Shown: positions 29,730 through 40,436, counted from the stretch's first letter. The stretch is DNA of 64,000 bases from Candidatus Moraniibacteriota bacterium (GCA_030679995.1 JAUXSK010000006.1:10328-74327); one strand, 5' to 3'. The notes: a model not told the origin generated them from the letters alone. A program made the numbers and translations.

Positions 29730-30677
29730 ATGGGTTTCGAAGAAGGCGACCCTAAAGAAATAACACTTGAAAAAGAACCCAAATATGTCTTTATGATCAC
29801 AAGGCATGCGGAAAGGCTGGCCTCGGGTGAGCTTTCTCCCGAGGGCGTTGAAAACGCAAGTGGGAAAGGCGGGCAGATCGGAGAAATGGCCGAGGTACTG
29901 AAGGCCTATGCCAGTGATGAAAAAAGTGACCGGGCTTTTGTCACGGGCGATCTCATTTCTGAAAAAAGCGGAATCAAATCGGAATTAACCGGGAAACAGT
30001 ATGTTACGCGCAAAGTCGAGGATATACAATATGGGATATTAAATCCGGATTTGAAAAAACAATTAGGTAAAGCTTCTGATTTGATCAATGAAGAAACTCT
30101 GCGGGAATTAGGTGAATCAACTGAAAGAGACGAAAATGGAAAATTGAAAGTCGATCTTACGAAATTGCCTGATCAAGAAAAAATCGCACCGATCCGGGCC
30201 AAAAACCAAGTAGTCGGATTCAGATATATCCTAAGGGAAGAAAACGATGAGGCAGTAACTCGAATGGCTATGGGGCTGGCACAACAATTGAATCACGAAT
30301 TTGAAATAGCCGGAAGATATAATGATAGATATAGGAGCGGAGAGGATGCTAACTTTAAAAAAGATGCTGTCTTAAATACCGTTACCCACGGTATGTTTAT
30401 GGAATCTTTGTTGAAAAAAACTGGCATTATGATAGGAAAGGATGAGCAGGAAATGCCAATTTCCGATTTTGAAAGCGAGGGCTTCGGCGGTTTCATCGAT
30501 ACTAACGAATCGATCTATTTGGATATCAAGAATCCAAACGATCTGCCGGATAAAATACCGGTCAGGTTCGAGGGCGGCAATAGGCCGGCGGAAGGCAAGG
30601 TTTTTATCGACAAAAAGAAATTGCTGGCATTGGTGGACAAATATAAAGAATGGAAGGCGTCAAGAGAATCAGAATAA
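29730..30677 (+). CDS. histidine phosphatase superfamily-like protein
   Basis: ITRHAER, SDRAFVT and VTHG motifs (RHG-like catalytic set). Confidence 0.55.
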   Translation: MGFEEGDPKEITLEKEPKYVFMITRHAERLASGELSPEGVENASGKGGQIGEMAEVLKAYASDEKSDRAFVTGDLISEKSGIKSELTGKQYVTRKVEDIQYGILNPDLKKQLGKASDLINEETLRELGESTERDENGKLKVDLTKLPDQEKIAPIRAKNQVVGFRYILREENDEAVTRMAMGLAQQLNHEFEIAGRYNDRYRSGEDANFKKDAVLNTVTHGMFMESLLKKTGIMIGKDEQEMPISDFESEGFGGFIDTNESIYLDIKNPNDLPDKIPVRFEGGNRPAEGKVFIDKKKLLALVDKYKEWKASRESE

Positions 30678-30695
30678 TCTTTTAATTACAACTAT

Positions 30696-32195
30696 ATGTC
30701 ATCAGCGGTCATGCATTCGGGGAAATGGAGAATCAAGCCTTCAGGCAAGCTTCCGATTTTCTTGCGTTTTATGATAAACTCTGCTTTTAACAAGGAGGAT
30801 ACTGGCAAAGTCGAAATTAAAACCGTGCTTTGCAACCGTACATTCTTGAACCATATGATGTATTGGGAAGCCTCGGAATATAACAGCTTCGAAAAAGAAG
30901 TGATTGACCATCTCAAGGCTAATGATGGCTGGTTTGAACGATATTGCCAGCGTGAATTGGAAGAATGCGAGAATCTGTATAAAAAAGGATTGGAACTTAA
31001 AAAAATCAATTGGAAAGAAAAAGACAATTCTGAGTTGAAGGAATCCTTGGCTGATATATTGAATAAATATAGGAGTCTGGTCGGCGCATGGTATGCGCAA
31101 TATCCGCTGGATGAATATTTTGAGAACGCGATTGAGAAAAATTTGGCGGAATATATCCCTTCTAGCGATTCTGTATTCAGGAACCTAGTGCTGACATTTA
31201 CCGATCCGGAAAAAGCGACCGAAGTGAGCCAGGAAAGGATAGCTCTATTGGAGATTGCGAAGGATTTTTTTGAAAAAATGGAGGATCTGGATGGATTATC
31301 GGCTGAGGCTAGGAATATTATTGATGATCATTTGGATAAATACGCCTATATAAACAGGGGATTGGCTACTAGCCGGCCCTATTCTTTTGAGGACATAATC
31401 AACCGTTTGAAAGAAATAAAAAAACAGGTGGATGCAGGAGAAAGGCTTGAAGATATGGCTTATAGCGCTTCCGAAGATAAAGTGGAGGCGGATTATAAAA
31501 CGGCACTGGATAAGATAAAACCTAAGCCTGACTTTCTGGAAATAATCAGAAAGGCCAAGCATCATTCATATTTGCGCAATAGGCGCGTAGAGGCCTTTTT
31601 CAACGCTGATTTCGGGGCAAGTTTCCTTTATTCCGAAATCGCTCGAAGGTCGGATTTCAACCCTGATGAAATCATGGAAATCACGGATGAAGAAATGTTC
31701 GGTGCACTGGAAGGGAAATCATTGCCTGATGCGGAAGAAATGGCTCGGAGGCATTCCAATTATGCCATGATCGTCCGTAATTCAAAGACGCAGCTTATTA
31801 CCGACCCGGAAGAAATAAAAAAAATGGAAAAAGATTATTTCGTCGATGTCGTTAAATCCGAGGAACTAAAAGGCAAAGTGGCATGTTCGGGAGGGGTCAT
31901 TCGCGGAAGGGCGAAAATTTGCCTGGATAAAAAGGATATCCCGAAAGTAAACAAAGGCGATATATTGGTCGCCCAATTCACTACCCCGGATTTCGTGGTG
32001 GCGATGGAAAAAGCGGCGGCTATTATAGCCGATCAGGGCGGATTGTCTTCGCATGCGGCGATCGTATCGAGGGAATTAGGCGTTCCTTGCGTGATGGATA
32101 CGAAAAACGGCACGAGGATAATCCATGATAATGATCTGGTGGAAGTGGATGCCAAAACCGGCGTGATAAAAATCATTGAACGGGCTACAAGTTAA
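30696..32195 (+). CDS. PEP-utilising enzyme mobile (phospho-His swivel) domain protein
   Basis: GDILVA...TTP...[17 protein letters not shown]. Confidence 0.85.
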   Translation: MSSAVMHSGKWRIKPSGKLPIFLRFMINSAFNKEDTGKVEIKTVLCNRTFLNHMMYWEASEYNSFEKEVIDHLKANDGWFERYCQRELEECENLYKKGLELKKINWKEKDNSELKESLADILNKYRSLVGAWYAQYPLDEYFENAIEKNLAEYIPSSDSVFRNLVLTFTDPEKATEVSQERIALLEIAKDFFEKMEDLDGLSAEARNIIDDHLDKYAYINRGLATSRPYSFEDIINRLKEIKKQVDAGERLEDMAYSASEDKVEADYKTALDKIKPKPDFLEIIRKAKHHSYLRNRRVEAFFNADFGASFLYSEIARRSDFNPDEIMEITDEEMFGALEGKSLPDAEEMARRHSNYAMIVRNSKTQLITDPEEIKKMEKDYFVDVVKSEELKGKVACSGGVIRGRAKICLDKKDIPKVNKGDILVAQFTTPDFVVAMEKAAAIIADQGGLSSHAAIVSRELGVPCVMDTKNGTRIIHDNDLVEVDAKTGVIKIIERATS

Positions 32196-32201
32196 AACCA
32201 T

Positions 32202-32792
32202 ATGATAAAAGCGATTTTTTTTGATTTGGGAAATGTCTTGGTAAAAGAGGGATTCGCCTCCGGAATCAGGGAATATGAAAAGGATAATTCCTTGGCGCCA
32301 GGCAGTCTTTACGCGGCAATGCGGGATTTTCCATACTGGAAGGATTTTACGCTGGGTAAAATTTCCGAAAAAGAATATTTCGATGAGGTGAATAGGGGTT
32401 TCAACGGCGGACTGGACGTAAATCGGTTAAGGGAGGTCGTGCTTGGGGGCTTCGTTCAAAATACCGAGCTTGTGGATCATATCAGGGCCTTGAAGAAAAA
32501 ATATAAAATCGGCGTCATTTCCAATAACCCCAAGGAGTGGTTTGGATATTTTTCCGATAACTTCGGATGGAACGGCATTTTCGATATCATCGCGGTGTCG
32601 GGTGATCTGCATATCCGCAAGCCGGCAAAAGAAATTTTTGACTATGCCCTCGCCCAAGCCGGGATATCGGGAGAGGAGGCTATCTATGTCGATGATCGTC
32701 CAGATCGAGTGGAGGGTGCCGTATTGGCGAGGATGAAAGTGGTAATTTTTAAGGATATAAAAAATTTAATTAGAGAAATAGATGAAAAATAA
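32202..32792 (+). CDS. HAD-superfamily phosphatase (YihX-like)
   Basis: FFDLGNVL, ISN, RKP and YVDDR motifs. Confidence 0.85.
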   Translation: MIKAIFFDLGNVLVKEGFASGIREYEKDNSLAPGSLYAAMRDFPYWKDFTLGKISEKEYFDEVNRGFNGGLDVNRLREVVLGGFVQNTELVDHIRALKKKYKIGVISNNPKEWFGYFSDNFGWNGIFDIIAVSGDLHIRKPAKEIFDYALAQAGISGEEAIYVDDRPDRVEGAVLARMKVVIFKDIKNLIREIDEK

Positions 32793-33420
32793 TAAAACAT
32801 TGTATCTTTGGGATCTGGCCGGAACGATTTTCAGGGAGGAGTGGGATGCGGAGAAGACGGGATTTGCCGGATATTATGATTGGCTGGAAACCAGGCTTGG
32901 GAAAAAAATGAGCGAAATCACCCCAAGGGAGGAAGAGGAGATGTATAAGATCCCGTATGGCGAGGGGTGGTATTTCAAGTTGGATTTGATGCCGGGCGCC
33001 AAAGAATCTTTGGGATGGGCGGAGTACAGCGAAGTTTTCACCCAAGGCAATCCGGAGCAGATTGATTGGCGGGCGGAATATCTCACGCCAAGAATCGGAT
33101 TCGATGTGCGGAAATTTTTCAAGAAAATAAATTCGACTTTCGATTATGCGGAAACGAACGTGAAAACCAAAGAGATGCTTTTGGATTATTTGCGGAAAAA
33201 ATATGACGAAGGATTCAAAAGCGTAATTTATACTGATGACAAACTCAAAAATTGCGAAAATTTCGCAGAGGCTGCCAAGGAAATAAAAAAGGAATTCAGT
33301 GATTTTGACTATCGCTTGTACCACGTCTTAAATGATGGAAAGGGCCTGCGGGAAAAGGATAATTATTCAGAAATTGGAAGTTTGAATGACTTGATCGAAG
33401 CGGAGAGTAGGATCGTTTAG
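32782..33420 (+). CDS. HAD-like hydrolase
   Basis: LWDLAGT, FTQG, K and YTDDK motifs. Confidence 0.6.
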   Translation: MKNNKTLYLWDLAGTIFREEWDAEKTGFAGYYDWLETRLGKKMSEITPREEEEMYKIPYGEGWYFKLDLMPGAKESLGWAEYSEVFTQGNPEQIDWRAEYLTPRIGFDVRKFFKKINSTFDYAETNVKTKEMLLDYLRKKYDEGFKSVIYTDDKLKNCENFAEAAKEIKKEFSDFDYRLYHVLNDGKGLREKDNYSEIGSLNDLIEAESRIV

Positions 33421-33437
33421 TTTTAACAAGAGAACAT

Positions 33438-34859
33438 ATGAACCGAACAGACTTAGAAGCAGTGTTTAAGAAGGATTGGTATATCCAAGGATTCAACGGC
33501 GTGCCGATTTTTTTGAACTCTTGCGCCGCAAGCATGGTGCCGATGAAAAAATATTTAGGATACGGGTATACCGGTTTCATCTGCATCTATCAGGATGATT
33601 ATTGCGAATATGGATATTTACACAGCGACCTGGCTGATGTTTGGAGGCAGGCAAAAAAGAAAATAGAAGAGAATAAGAATTATTTGGTAAAAATAAAAAA
33701 ACACTACGAAGAAGTTTTCAAAAAGCATCAAGCGATGTTCGATAATACGGGAATTGGTGAAATTGGCCGGATGGATGACGAGGAGCTTTTGGAATATTTC
33801 AAAAAAAGCTTGTCGGCTATGGCTGACTCCGTAGGTATCGCGCATGTCTTGGAGGGAATCGGTATGGAACTTGAAAAAGAATTGAAGGAGAAATTTTTTG
33901 AATTTTTAGAGGACAAGAAGGATTTCAACAAACATTTCGCCGTTATAACGGCTCCGACAAGGATTTCTTTTATAACCAGGGAAGAAAATGATCTTAAAAA
34001 AATCATGCGATTGGACGGAGAGGCGTTTGAAACAGCGCTTGAGATGCATTTAAAAAAATATTTTTGGATCCAAAACAGTTATGTCGGTCCGAAGAAAATC
34101 AGTGTCGAAATGCTTAAAGAAAGAATGGGAAGTATGGGTGTGGAAGCGGGAGGTGTCTCCGGACAGGAGGGTATTAAAAATATCAAATTAAGCCAGGAAT
34201 TGAAAGGGATGGTTGGAATAATCGATTTCTGCACGATTTGGCAGGATGAAAGGAAGGAAAATATATTGAGATCTATCAGTAATTTGGGTTTTGTCATAGA
34301 AGAATTGTCGTTGAGAACGGAAGTGTCCGCCCATACGCTATCATATTTGGGGGTGGATGATGTCATGGGCATGGAAACGATCGGGGAAGTGAAAGATATG
34401 GAAGGCGTATTGGCAGAAAGGATCCGAGGGGTTTTATTTTTGGTGGACGACAAGGGTGAACGCGATTTCACCGGCAATGCTTATTTGGAATATTCAAAAA
34501 AGAAGAAAGGAAGCGAAGCGGAGAAGCAAAATTTCGAAATGGATTTGCATGGCACGACAGCCAACGGCGGAACCGCTATCGGGCATGTGATCGTTTGCAA
34601 GGATATTGAAACCATAGAAAAGGTGAAAGAAGGCGATATTTTGGTCGCCTCTATGACTCGTCCCGAATTCATACCGGCCTTGAGAAAAGCGGCGGCTATC
34701 GTGACGGACGAAGGAGGCATTACTTGCCACGCGGCGATCGTGGCTCGGGAACTTGGCATCCCAGCCGTCATCGGCACGAAAATCGCGACTAAAATTTTGA
34801 AAGACGGCATGTTGGTCGAAGTCAAAGCTAATCATGGGTTGGTTAAAATAATAAAATAA
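33438..34859 (+). CDS. PEP-utilising enzyme mobile (phospho-His swivel) domain protein
   Basis: GDILVASMTRP...DEGGITCHAAIVARELG. Confidence 0.85.
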   Translation: MNRTDLEAVFKKDWYIQGFNGVPIFLNSCAASMVPMKKYLGYGYTGFICIYQDDYCEYGYLHSDLADVWRQAKKKIEENKNYLVKIKKHYEEVFKKHQAMFDNTGIGEIGRMDDEELLEYFKKSLSAMADSVGIAHVLEGIGMELEKELKEKFFEFLEDKKDFNKHFAVITAPTRISFITREENDLKKIMRLDGEAFETALEMHLKKYFWIQNSYVGPKKISVEMLKERMGSMGVEAGGVSGQEGIKNIKLSQELKGMVGIIDFCTIWQDERKENILRSISNLGFVIEELSLRTEVSAHTLSYLGVDDVMGMETIGEVKDMEGVLAERIRGVLFLVDDKGERDFTGNAYLEYSKKKKGSEAEKQNFEMDLHGTTANGGTAIGHVIVCKDIETIEKVKEGDILVASMTRPEFIPALRKAAAIVTDEGGITCHAAIVARELGIPAVIGTKIATKILKDGMLVEVKANHGLVKIIK

Positions 34860-34860
34860 T

Positions 34861-36402
34861 ATGGACGCGCAAGAATTGAAAAAATATTTGGCGGAAAATG
34901 AAATCGACGTGCAAAGCGCCCGGGCGGCGTTCGGGGCGGCGGATTGGGTTTTCCGGGCCTATTCGGAATCGGCGCAGATTACCAGAGTCGGTCATAATCA
35001 CGTCCATTGCTATTTCGGTCCCGGAGAGGATGTCTTCTACCAATTGATTTCGCGGGATGATATCAAAAAAGTTTCCAAAAAGTTCTACGAAGATTATTTG
35101 GAAAACCCTGAGAGTATGCGAAACAAAATCCACGCCCAGCAAGAATTGGCTTTGGAAATCGATCGCTTGGGGTTGGAATATTTGGAAAAGTCAGGAAGTG
35201 GAGTTTCAGATGCGGAGTTTGCCAAATATTTTAGAAATATAATCGAGTTGGCTTATGAATGGTGGAAATATGCCGCTATCGGAGAAGACAAAGCGGAGGT
35301 GGTCAATTGGGAAGTCGTGCCTCGGTTCCAAAAACGTCATGGCATCAGTCGCGAAGAAGCGCGTGAAGCGGTGAGTGTGTTGGCGCATCCGGATGAGATG
35401 GCGGTTTTCAATCAGGAACGAAAGGATTTTTTTGAGATATGTTCGGCGGTTAACCGGCAAATCGATAGTTCTGGAAATGATGATTTCACTAAAGCATGGG
35501 AAGATAAAAATATTCAAAGCTTGGTCAACGAATATATCCGGAATTTTTTCTGGATCAAAACGAATCTTTATGAGGCGACGCGCGTAGATGGGTATTCATT
35601 GAAGGATGAAGTTAAAAATGAATTAAAAATGAAAAATGAAGCCGACCTGGAAAATGAACTGGCTAAAATAGAAGATAATTTCTCAAATATCCATGCTAGT
35701 AAAAATGAAATTAAAAAGCGCCATGCTCTAAGTGAGGCTGATTTGATGGATATTGAATTTTCCCAAAAGGCAATTTTGTGGTTTGATCAAAGGAAATCGG
35801 GAATGATGAAGCAATTCTATTACATCTATTCCATGCTGCGGGAAATCTCAGCGCGCAAACGAATGGATTACCATACCTGTACGTTATATTTTATGGAAGA
35901 GTTGTTTGATTTACTGAAAAGGAATGCGCAAGTCAATCCCACAGTTATCGCAGAAAGGGAAGGCGGGATATTCTTGGCTTTTGAACGAGGCAAGCGCAAT
36001 ATTTTTCTAGGCGATGAAGCCAAGGATTTATTCGGATTGGCCAGTAAAGTCGAACGCGCGGATGTTTTAAGGGGCGTGGTAGCTAGCCGGGGCGGCCAAG
36101 AAAAAGTCAGAGGAATCGTCAGTATCATCATCCGTCCGGATAAGAATGATTTTGAGGAAGGGAAAATTTTGGTGACCAGTATGACGCGGATCGAGTTCGT
36201 GCCGCTCATGAAAAAAGCGTTGGCGATCATCACCAATGAAGGCGGATTGGCCTGCCACGCAGCCATCGTTTCCCGGGAGCTCGGTTTGCCGGCGATTATC
36301 AGCACCAAGAATGCCACCCAAGTCTTGCAAGACGGGGATGAGATCGAGATGGATATGAAGACCGGGGAAATCAAGGTTATCGTGGCGATGTCTGCGGCCT
36401 AA
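34861..36402 (+). CDS. PEP-utilising enzyme mobile (phospho-His swivel) domain protein
   Basis: ILVTSMT...[17 protein letters not shown]. Confidence 0.85.
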   Translation: MDAQELKKYLAENEIDVQSARAAFGAADWVFRAYSESAQITRVGHNHVHCYFGPGEDVFYQLISRDDIKKVSKKFYEDYLENPESMRNKIHAQQELALEIDRLGLEYLEKSGSGVSDAEFAKYFRNIIELAYEWWKYAAIGEDKAEVVNWEVVPRFQKRHGISREEAREAVSVLAHPDEMAVFNQERKDFFEICSAVNRQIDSSGNDDFTKAWEDKNIQSLVNEYIRNFFWIKTNLYEATRVDGYSLKDEVKNELKMKNEADLENELAKIEDNFSNIHASKNEIKKRHALSEADLMDIEFSQKAILWFDQRKSGMMKQFYYIYSMLREISARKRMDYHTCTLYFMEELFDLLKRNAQVNPTVIAEREGGIFLAFERGKRNIFLGDEAKDLFGLASKVERADVLRGVVASRGGQEKVRGIVSIIIRPDKNDFEEGKILVTSMTRIEFVPLMKKALAIITNEGGLACHAAIVSRELGLPAIISTKNATQVLQDGDEIEMDMKTGEIKVIVAMSAA

Positions 36403-36412
36403 TTATCCGGAT

Positions 36413-36440
36413 TTGCTATCCTCCCAATTTTTGCTATAAT
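36413..36440 (+). promoter_or_regulatory. promoter with extended -10 (TGcTATAAT) for rplI
   Basis: TTGCTA-16-TATAAT with TG extension; the -10 box ends 6 nt before ATG. Confidence 0.55.
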
Positions 36441-36446
36441 AGCTAT

Positions 36447-36887
36447 ATGAAAATCATCCTTCTACAAGATGTGAAAGGTCTCGGGAAAAAAGGCGCCATC
36501 AAAGAGGTAGCGGAGGGTTATGCGCGCAATTTTTTATTCGTGAAAAAATTAGCTGAAATCGCCACCGGATCAGGCTTGAAGAAGGCGGAGGCTATCCAGA
36601 AAAAGCAGGTGGAAAATGACCAGTTAGATTTGGAAAAGACACAGGAACTGGCCGACCGCTTGGAAGGCAGAGCGATCACGCTTATCGTCAAAGCCAAAGA
36701 TGGGAAGCTTTTTGGGTCGGTAGGGACCAAGGATATCGCAAAGGAATTGAAAAAGGAAAATATAATCGTGCCGGAAAAATCGATCGCACTCGAAAATCCG
36801 ATCAGGGAACTGGGAGAATATGAAGTGAAAATCGAACTGGACCACAAGATTGAAGCGATGATCATGGTGCTGGTTGAAAGCGCTTGA
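36447..36887 (+). CDS. rplI: 50S ribosomal protein L9
   Basis: [16 protein letters not shown]...GYARNFL, KLFGSV. Confidence 0.97.
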   Translation: MKIILLQDVKGLGKKGAIKEVAEGYARNFLFVKKLAEIATGSGLKKAEAIQKKQVENDQLDLEKTQELADRLEGRAITLIVKAKDGKLFGSVGTKDIAKELKKENIIVPEKSIALENPIRELGEYEVKIELDHKIEAMIMVLVESA

Positions 36888-36996
36888 TAAACACCTGTCT
36901 GCAAATGGATATACAATCATTTTTTTAAAAACCAGATATGAAGTCGCAAGGGGAGGCGGCTTTTTCGTTTGTAAAAAATAATTTTTTAATAACATT

Positions 36997-38634
36997 ATGA
37001 AAAACCGAAAATACATTTTTGTCGTCGGGGGGGTGATGAGCGGGGTGGGGAAGGGAGTTACGACTTCGGCGGTCGGAGCGATCCTCAAGGCGCGCGGGTT
37101 CCATGTGACGGCTTTGAAAATCGATCCCTATATCAATGTCGACGCCGGCACGATGAATCCGACCGAGCACGGCGAGGTTTTCGTATTGGATTCCGGATTG
37201 GAAACCGACCAGGATATGGGAAATTATGAAAGATTCCTGAATGTGACTTTGCCATCGGAAAATTATATGACGACCGGCAGCGTATATGAATCGGTCATCC
37301 ATAAAGAAAGGGATTTGAAATACAAGGGCAAATGCGTGGAAGTCGTGCCACACATCCCATTGGAAGTCATCGAGCGGATCGAAAAAGCTTCCGAAAAAGC
37401 CAAAGCGGATATCTCGATCATCGAAATCGGAGGCACGGTAGGCGAATATCAAAATATCTTGTTTTTGGAAGCAGCGCGAATGATGCGGATAAAACATCCG
37501 GATGACGTGCTGATCATTATGGTCAGTTATCTGCCGATCCCTTCCAAGATAGGCGAGATGAAAACCAAGCCAACGCAATACGCGGTGCGGACCTTGAACG
37601 GAGCCGGCATCCAGCCGGATTTCATCATCGCCCGCAGTGAAACATTCCTGGATCAAAGAAGAAAGGAGAAAATCGCGATGTTTTGCAATATTCCAGAGCG
37701 CGATGTGATTTCAGCTCCTGATATCGATAGTATCTATGAAGTACCGATTAATTTTGAACGGGATGATTTGAGTCGCTTAATATTAAAGAAGCTCGGTTTG
37801 AAATATGATAAGACCGATCTTTCAGGCTGGTATGACCTGGTGGAAAAAATCAAACATCCGAAAGGGACAGCCAGAATCGGAATCGTAGGCAAATATTTCG
37901 GCACGGGCGATTTTGTCTTGTCAGATGCCTACATCAGCGTGATCGAGGCGGTCAAACACGCGGCGTACCACAACCACGTCAAGCCGAAAATCGATTGGAT
38001 CAGCAGCGAAACCTATGAAAAGAATCCGGAAAAATTGGAAGAATTGAGGGGCTATGACGGCATCGTCATTCCGGGCGGATTCGGCTCACGTGGCATCGAA
38101 GGCAAAATACTGGCAATCGAATTTTTACGCAAAAATAAAATACCGTTTTTGGGACTTTGCTACGGGATGCAATTAGCCGTAATCGAATACGCGCGCAACG
38201 TCTTGGATCTCAAGGATGCCAATACGACCGAAGTCGACCGCAAAACGGGAAACCCGGTCATAGATATCATGCCTGAACAGAAAAAGAATTTGGAAGACGG
38301 AAATTATGGAGCTACGATGAGATTGGGAGCCTATTCAGCCGTCTTGCAAAAAGGCAGCATCGCCAACAAGGCCTATCGGGCCACTAAGATTTCCGAGCGC
38401 CATCGGCACCGTTGGGAAGTCAATCCGGAATATATCCAGCGCCTGGAAAAAGCGGGTCTTGTGTTTTCAGGAAAATCACCGGACGGCAAACTGATGGAAA
38501 TCACCGAATTGCCAACTTCGATCCATCCATTCTTCGTTTCAACCCAATTCCATCCGGAATTAAAGACCAATCCGCTCAAGGGACATCCTCTTTTCAACGA
38601 ATTTATCAAAGCCGGACAGAAATTGAAGAAATAA
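36997..38634 (+). CDS. pyrG: CTP synthase
   Basis: GGVMSGVGKG, KIDPYINVDAGTM, KTKPTQ, GLCYGMQ, QFHPE. Confidence 0.98.
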   Translation: MKNRKYIFVVGGVMSGVGKGVTTSAVGAILKARGFHVTALKIDPYINVDAGTMNPTEHGEVFVLDSGLETDQDMGNYERFLNVTLPSENYMTTGSVYESVIHKERDLKYKGKCVEVVPHIPLEVIERIEKASEKAKADISIIEIGGTVGEYQNILFLEAARMMRIKHPDDVLIIMVSYLPIPSKIGEMKTKPTQYAVRTLNGAGIQPDFIIARSETFLDQRRKEKIAMFCNIPERDVISAPDIDSIYEVPINFERDDLSRLILKKLGLKYDKTDLSGWYDLVEKIKHPKGTARIGIVGKYFGTGDFVLSDAYISVIEAVKHAAYHNHVKPKIDWISSETYEKNPEKLEELRGYDGIVIPGGFGSRGIEGKILAIEFLRKNKIPFLGLCYGMQLAVIEYARNVLDLKDANTTEVDRKTGNPVIDIMPEQKKNLEDGNYGATMRLGAYSAVLQKGSIANKAYRATKISERHRHRWEVNPEYIQRLEKAGLVFSGKSPDGKLMEITELPTSIHPFFVSTQFHPELKTNPLKGHPLFNEFIKAGQKLKK

Positions 38635-38655
38635 ACCGCGATAGATTAAAATGAC

Positions 38656-38706
38656 ACGCAAATATAAAAAATCCTCCTTGAACCGGAGGATTTTTTATAT
38701 TTGCGT
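38656..38706. terminator. bidirectional intrinsic terminator with a perfect 22-bp stem
   Basis: acgcaaatataaaaaatcctcc-7 nt-ggaggattttttatatttgcgt between convergent pyrG and rpmA. Confidence 0.8.
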
Positions 38707-38711
38707 AAAGA

Positions 38712-39050
38712 TTATTTTTTACTAGCAGGTTTAGCGGTTCTTTTGACAGCCTTGGCTTTCACAGCCACGACTGCTTCTGCGACGACTGAGACGAATCTTT
38801 TATTTTCCAGGTTTCCGGTGAAAGTCCGTACCTTTTTCCTGGCAAATTTTACGATGCCGTCAATCATAGAATAGAGAGTATCGTCCTCGCCTTGCTTCAC
38901 ATTGGCGCCGGGTCTCCATTTTGATCCGCGCTGCCGGATAATTATGTTTCCAGCCTGGACCTTCTGGTCCCCGAAAATTTTTACGCCGAGCCGTTTCGAT
39001 ATCGAATCACGGCCCAGCTGGGTAGATCCACCAGCTTTACGATGTGCCAT
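38712..39050 (-). CDS. rpmA: 50S ribosomal protein L27 with Ala/Lys-rich C-terminal tail
   Basis: [29 protein letters not shown]. Confidence 0.97.
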   Translation of the reverse strand: MAHRKAGGSTQLGRDSISKRLGVKIFGDQKVQAGNIIIRQRGSKWRPGANVKQGEDDTLYSMIDGIVKFARKKVRTFTGNLENKRFVSVVAEAVVAVKAKAVKRTAKPASKK

Positions 39051-39211
39051 ATTTGTCTATTTAAGTATTATATTTCCTAAAAAAGTCATTCCATCAGGGC
39101 ATTTGTCCATCACCACAATGTCCCAAGGGATAACGAGATTTATTATAGCAAAATATGCTACAATGTCAATATCGGAGCAACTCTGCTCCGCAGCTAACAG
39201 TCTGCAACCGA

Positions 39212-39625
39212 ATGGTTATGCTAAATTTAAGCGAATTCTGGGTAAAATATGAATATAAGTTTGTTTTAGCCATAGGCTTTATATTGATTGCGGCTATTTC
39301 TTTTGAATTTGGCTATACGCAGGGGAAAAACTTGAAATCCAGCCCGATAGTTATTGAAAAGCCGGCTGTAGGCTCAGAAAATGGCCCTGGATGCCCAGTT
39401 TCCGCCAAACCGGTATCAGATACCGATATCACCAAGAAAGCGCCTGTCGAGGCTGATTTGGCGTCATTGAAAAAATGCGCTTATGTCGGCAGTAAGAATT
39501 CCGATAAATTCTATCCGCCCAGTTGCTCGTATGCCAAAAGGATCAAGCCTGAAAACCTCGTTTGTTTCACCACCGCCCAGGAAGCGCTGGCCCAAGGACG
39601 GACTGAAAGTACCGGATGTAAATAG
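39212..39625 (+). CDS. membrane-anchored protein with Ada metal-binding-like C-terminal domain
   Basis: N-terminal TM; YVGSKNSDKFY..SC...IK..N...F.T..EA...G pattern. Confidence 0.6.
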   Translation: MVMLNLSEFWVKYEYKFVLAIGFILIAAISFEFGYTQGKNLKSSPIVIEKPAVGSENGPGCPVSAKPVSDTDITKKAPVEADLASLKKCAYVGSKNSDKFYPPSCSYAKRIKPENLVCFTTAQEALAQGRTESTGCK

Positions 39626-39740
39626 ATTGGATTTAATATTCCCCAGTCCATGACGATATCCCTATTTGCCACAAAAAGCGATTGCGATTATCATAATATT
39701 TACGGGTGTCTATATTTAAATAACTAAATCCACAACTACT

Positions 39741-40433
39741 ATGGATAAAAAAACCATCATCATTTCGTTAGGAGGATCGCTGATCGTACCGGAAGAAATC
39801 GACTGGAAATTCGTGAAAAAATTCAAGGCGCTTATCGAAGAACAGATTGAAAACGGCTTCAAATTCATTTTGATTACCGGCGGGGGGAAAACTGCGCGCA
39901 AATATATCGATGCATCAGCTAAAATCGACGACATCAACAATGAAGACAAAGATTGGATCGGCATACACGCCACGCGGATGAACGCCCATTTCATCCGCAC
40001 GATTTTCCGCAAACATGCCCATCCGAGAATCAATAAAAATCCCCATGATTTGGAAGATTTTTATAACTTCAAGGAAAGCATCCTGGTGGCGGCCGGTTGG
40101 CGGCCAGGCTTTTCAACAGACTTCGATGCCGTGCTTCTGGCTAAATATCTGGGCATCAAAACCGTCATCAACCTTTCCAATATCGACTATGTCTGTGACA
40201 AGGATCCGCGCAAATTTCCAGATGCGAAAAAAATTGAAGAAATTTCTTGGGCGGAATTCCGCAAGATGGTGGGGGACAAATGGGATCCGGGAATGAACGC
40301 GCCATTCGATCCGATCGCTTCCAAGGAGGCGCAGGAAATCGGCTTGGAAGTCGCCATTATGAACGGCCAAAACCTAGCCAATCTTAAAAAATATTTGGAG
40401 GGTAAAAAAGCCAAGGGGACGATTATAAAATAA
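39741..40433 (+). CDS. pyrH: UMP kinase (archaeal-type)
   Basis: ISLGGS, GGG..AR, D.IGI.ATR.NA, PG.STD, DKDP, PFDP. Confidence 0.92.
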   Translation: MDKKTIIISLGGSLIVPEEIDWKFVKKFKALIEEQIENGFKFILITGGGKTARKYIDASAKIDDINNEDKDWIGIHATRMNAHFIRTIFRKHAHPRINKNPHDLEDFYNFKESILVAAGWRPGFSTDFDAVLLAKYLGIKTVINLSNIDYVCDKDPRKFPDAKKIEEISWAEFRKMVGDKWDPGMNAPFDPIASKEAQEIGLEVAIMNGQNLANLKKYLEGKKAKGTIIK

Positions 40434-40436
40434 TTT

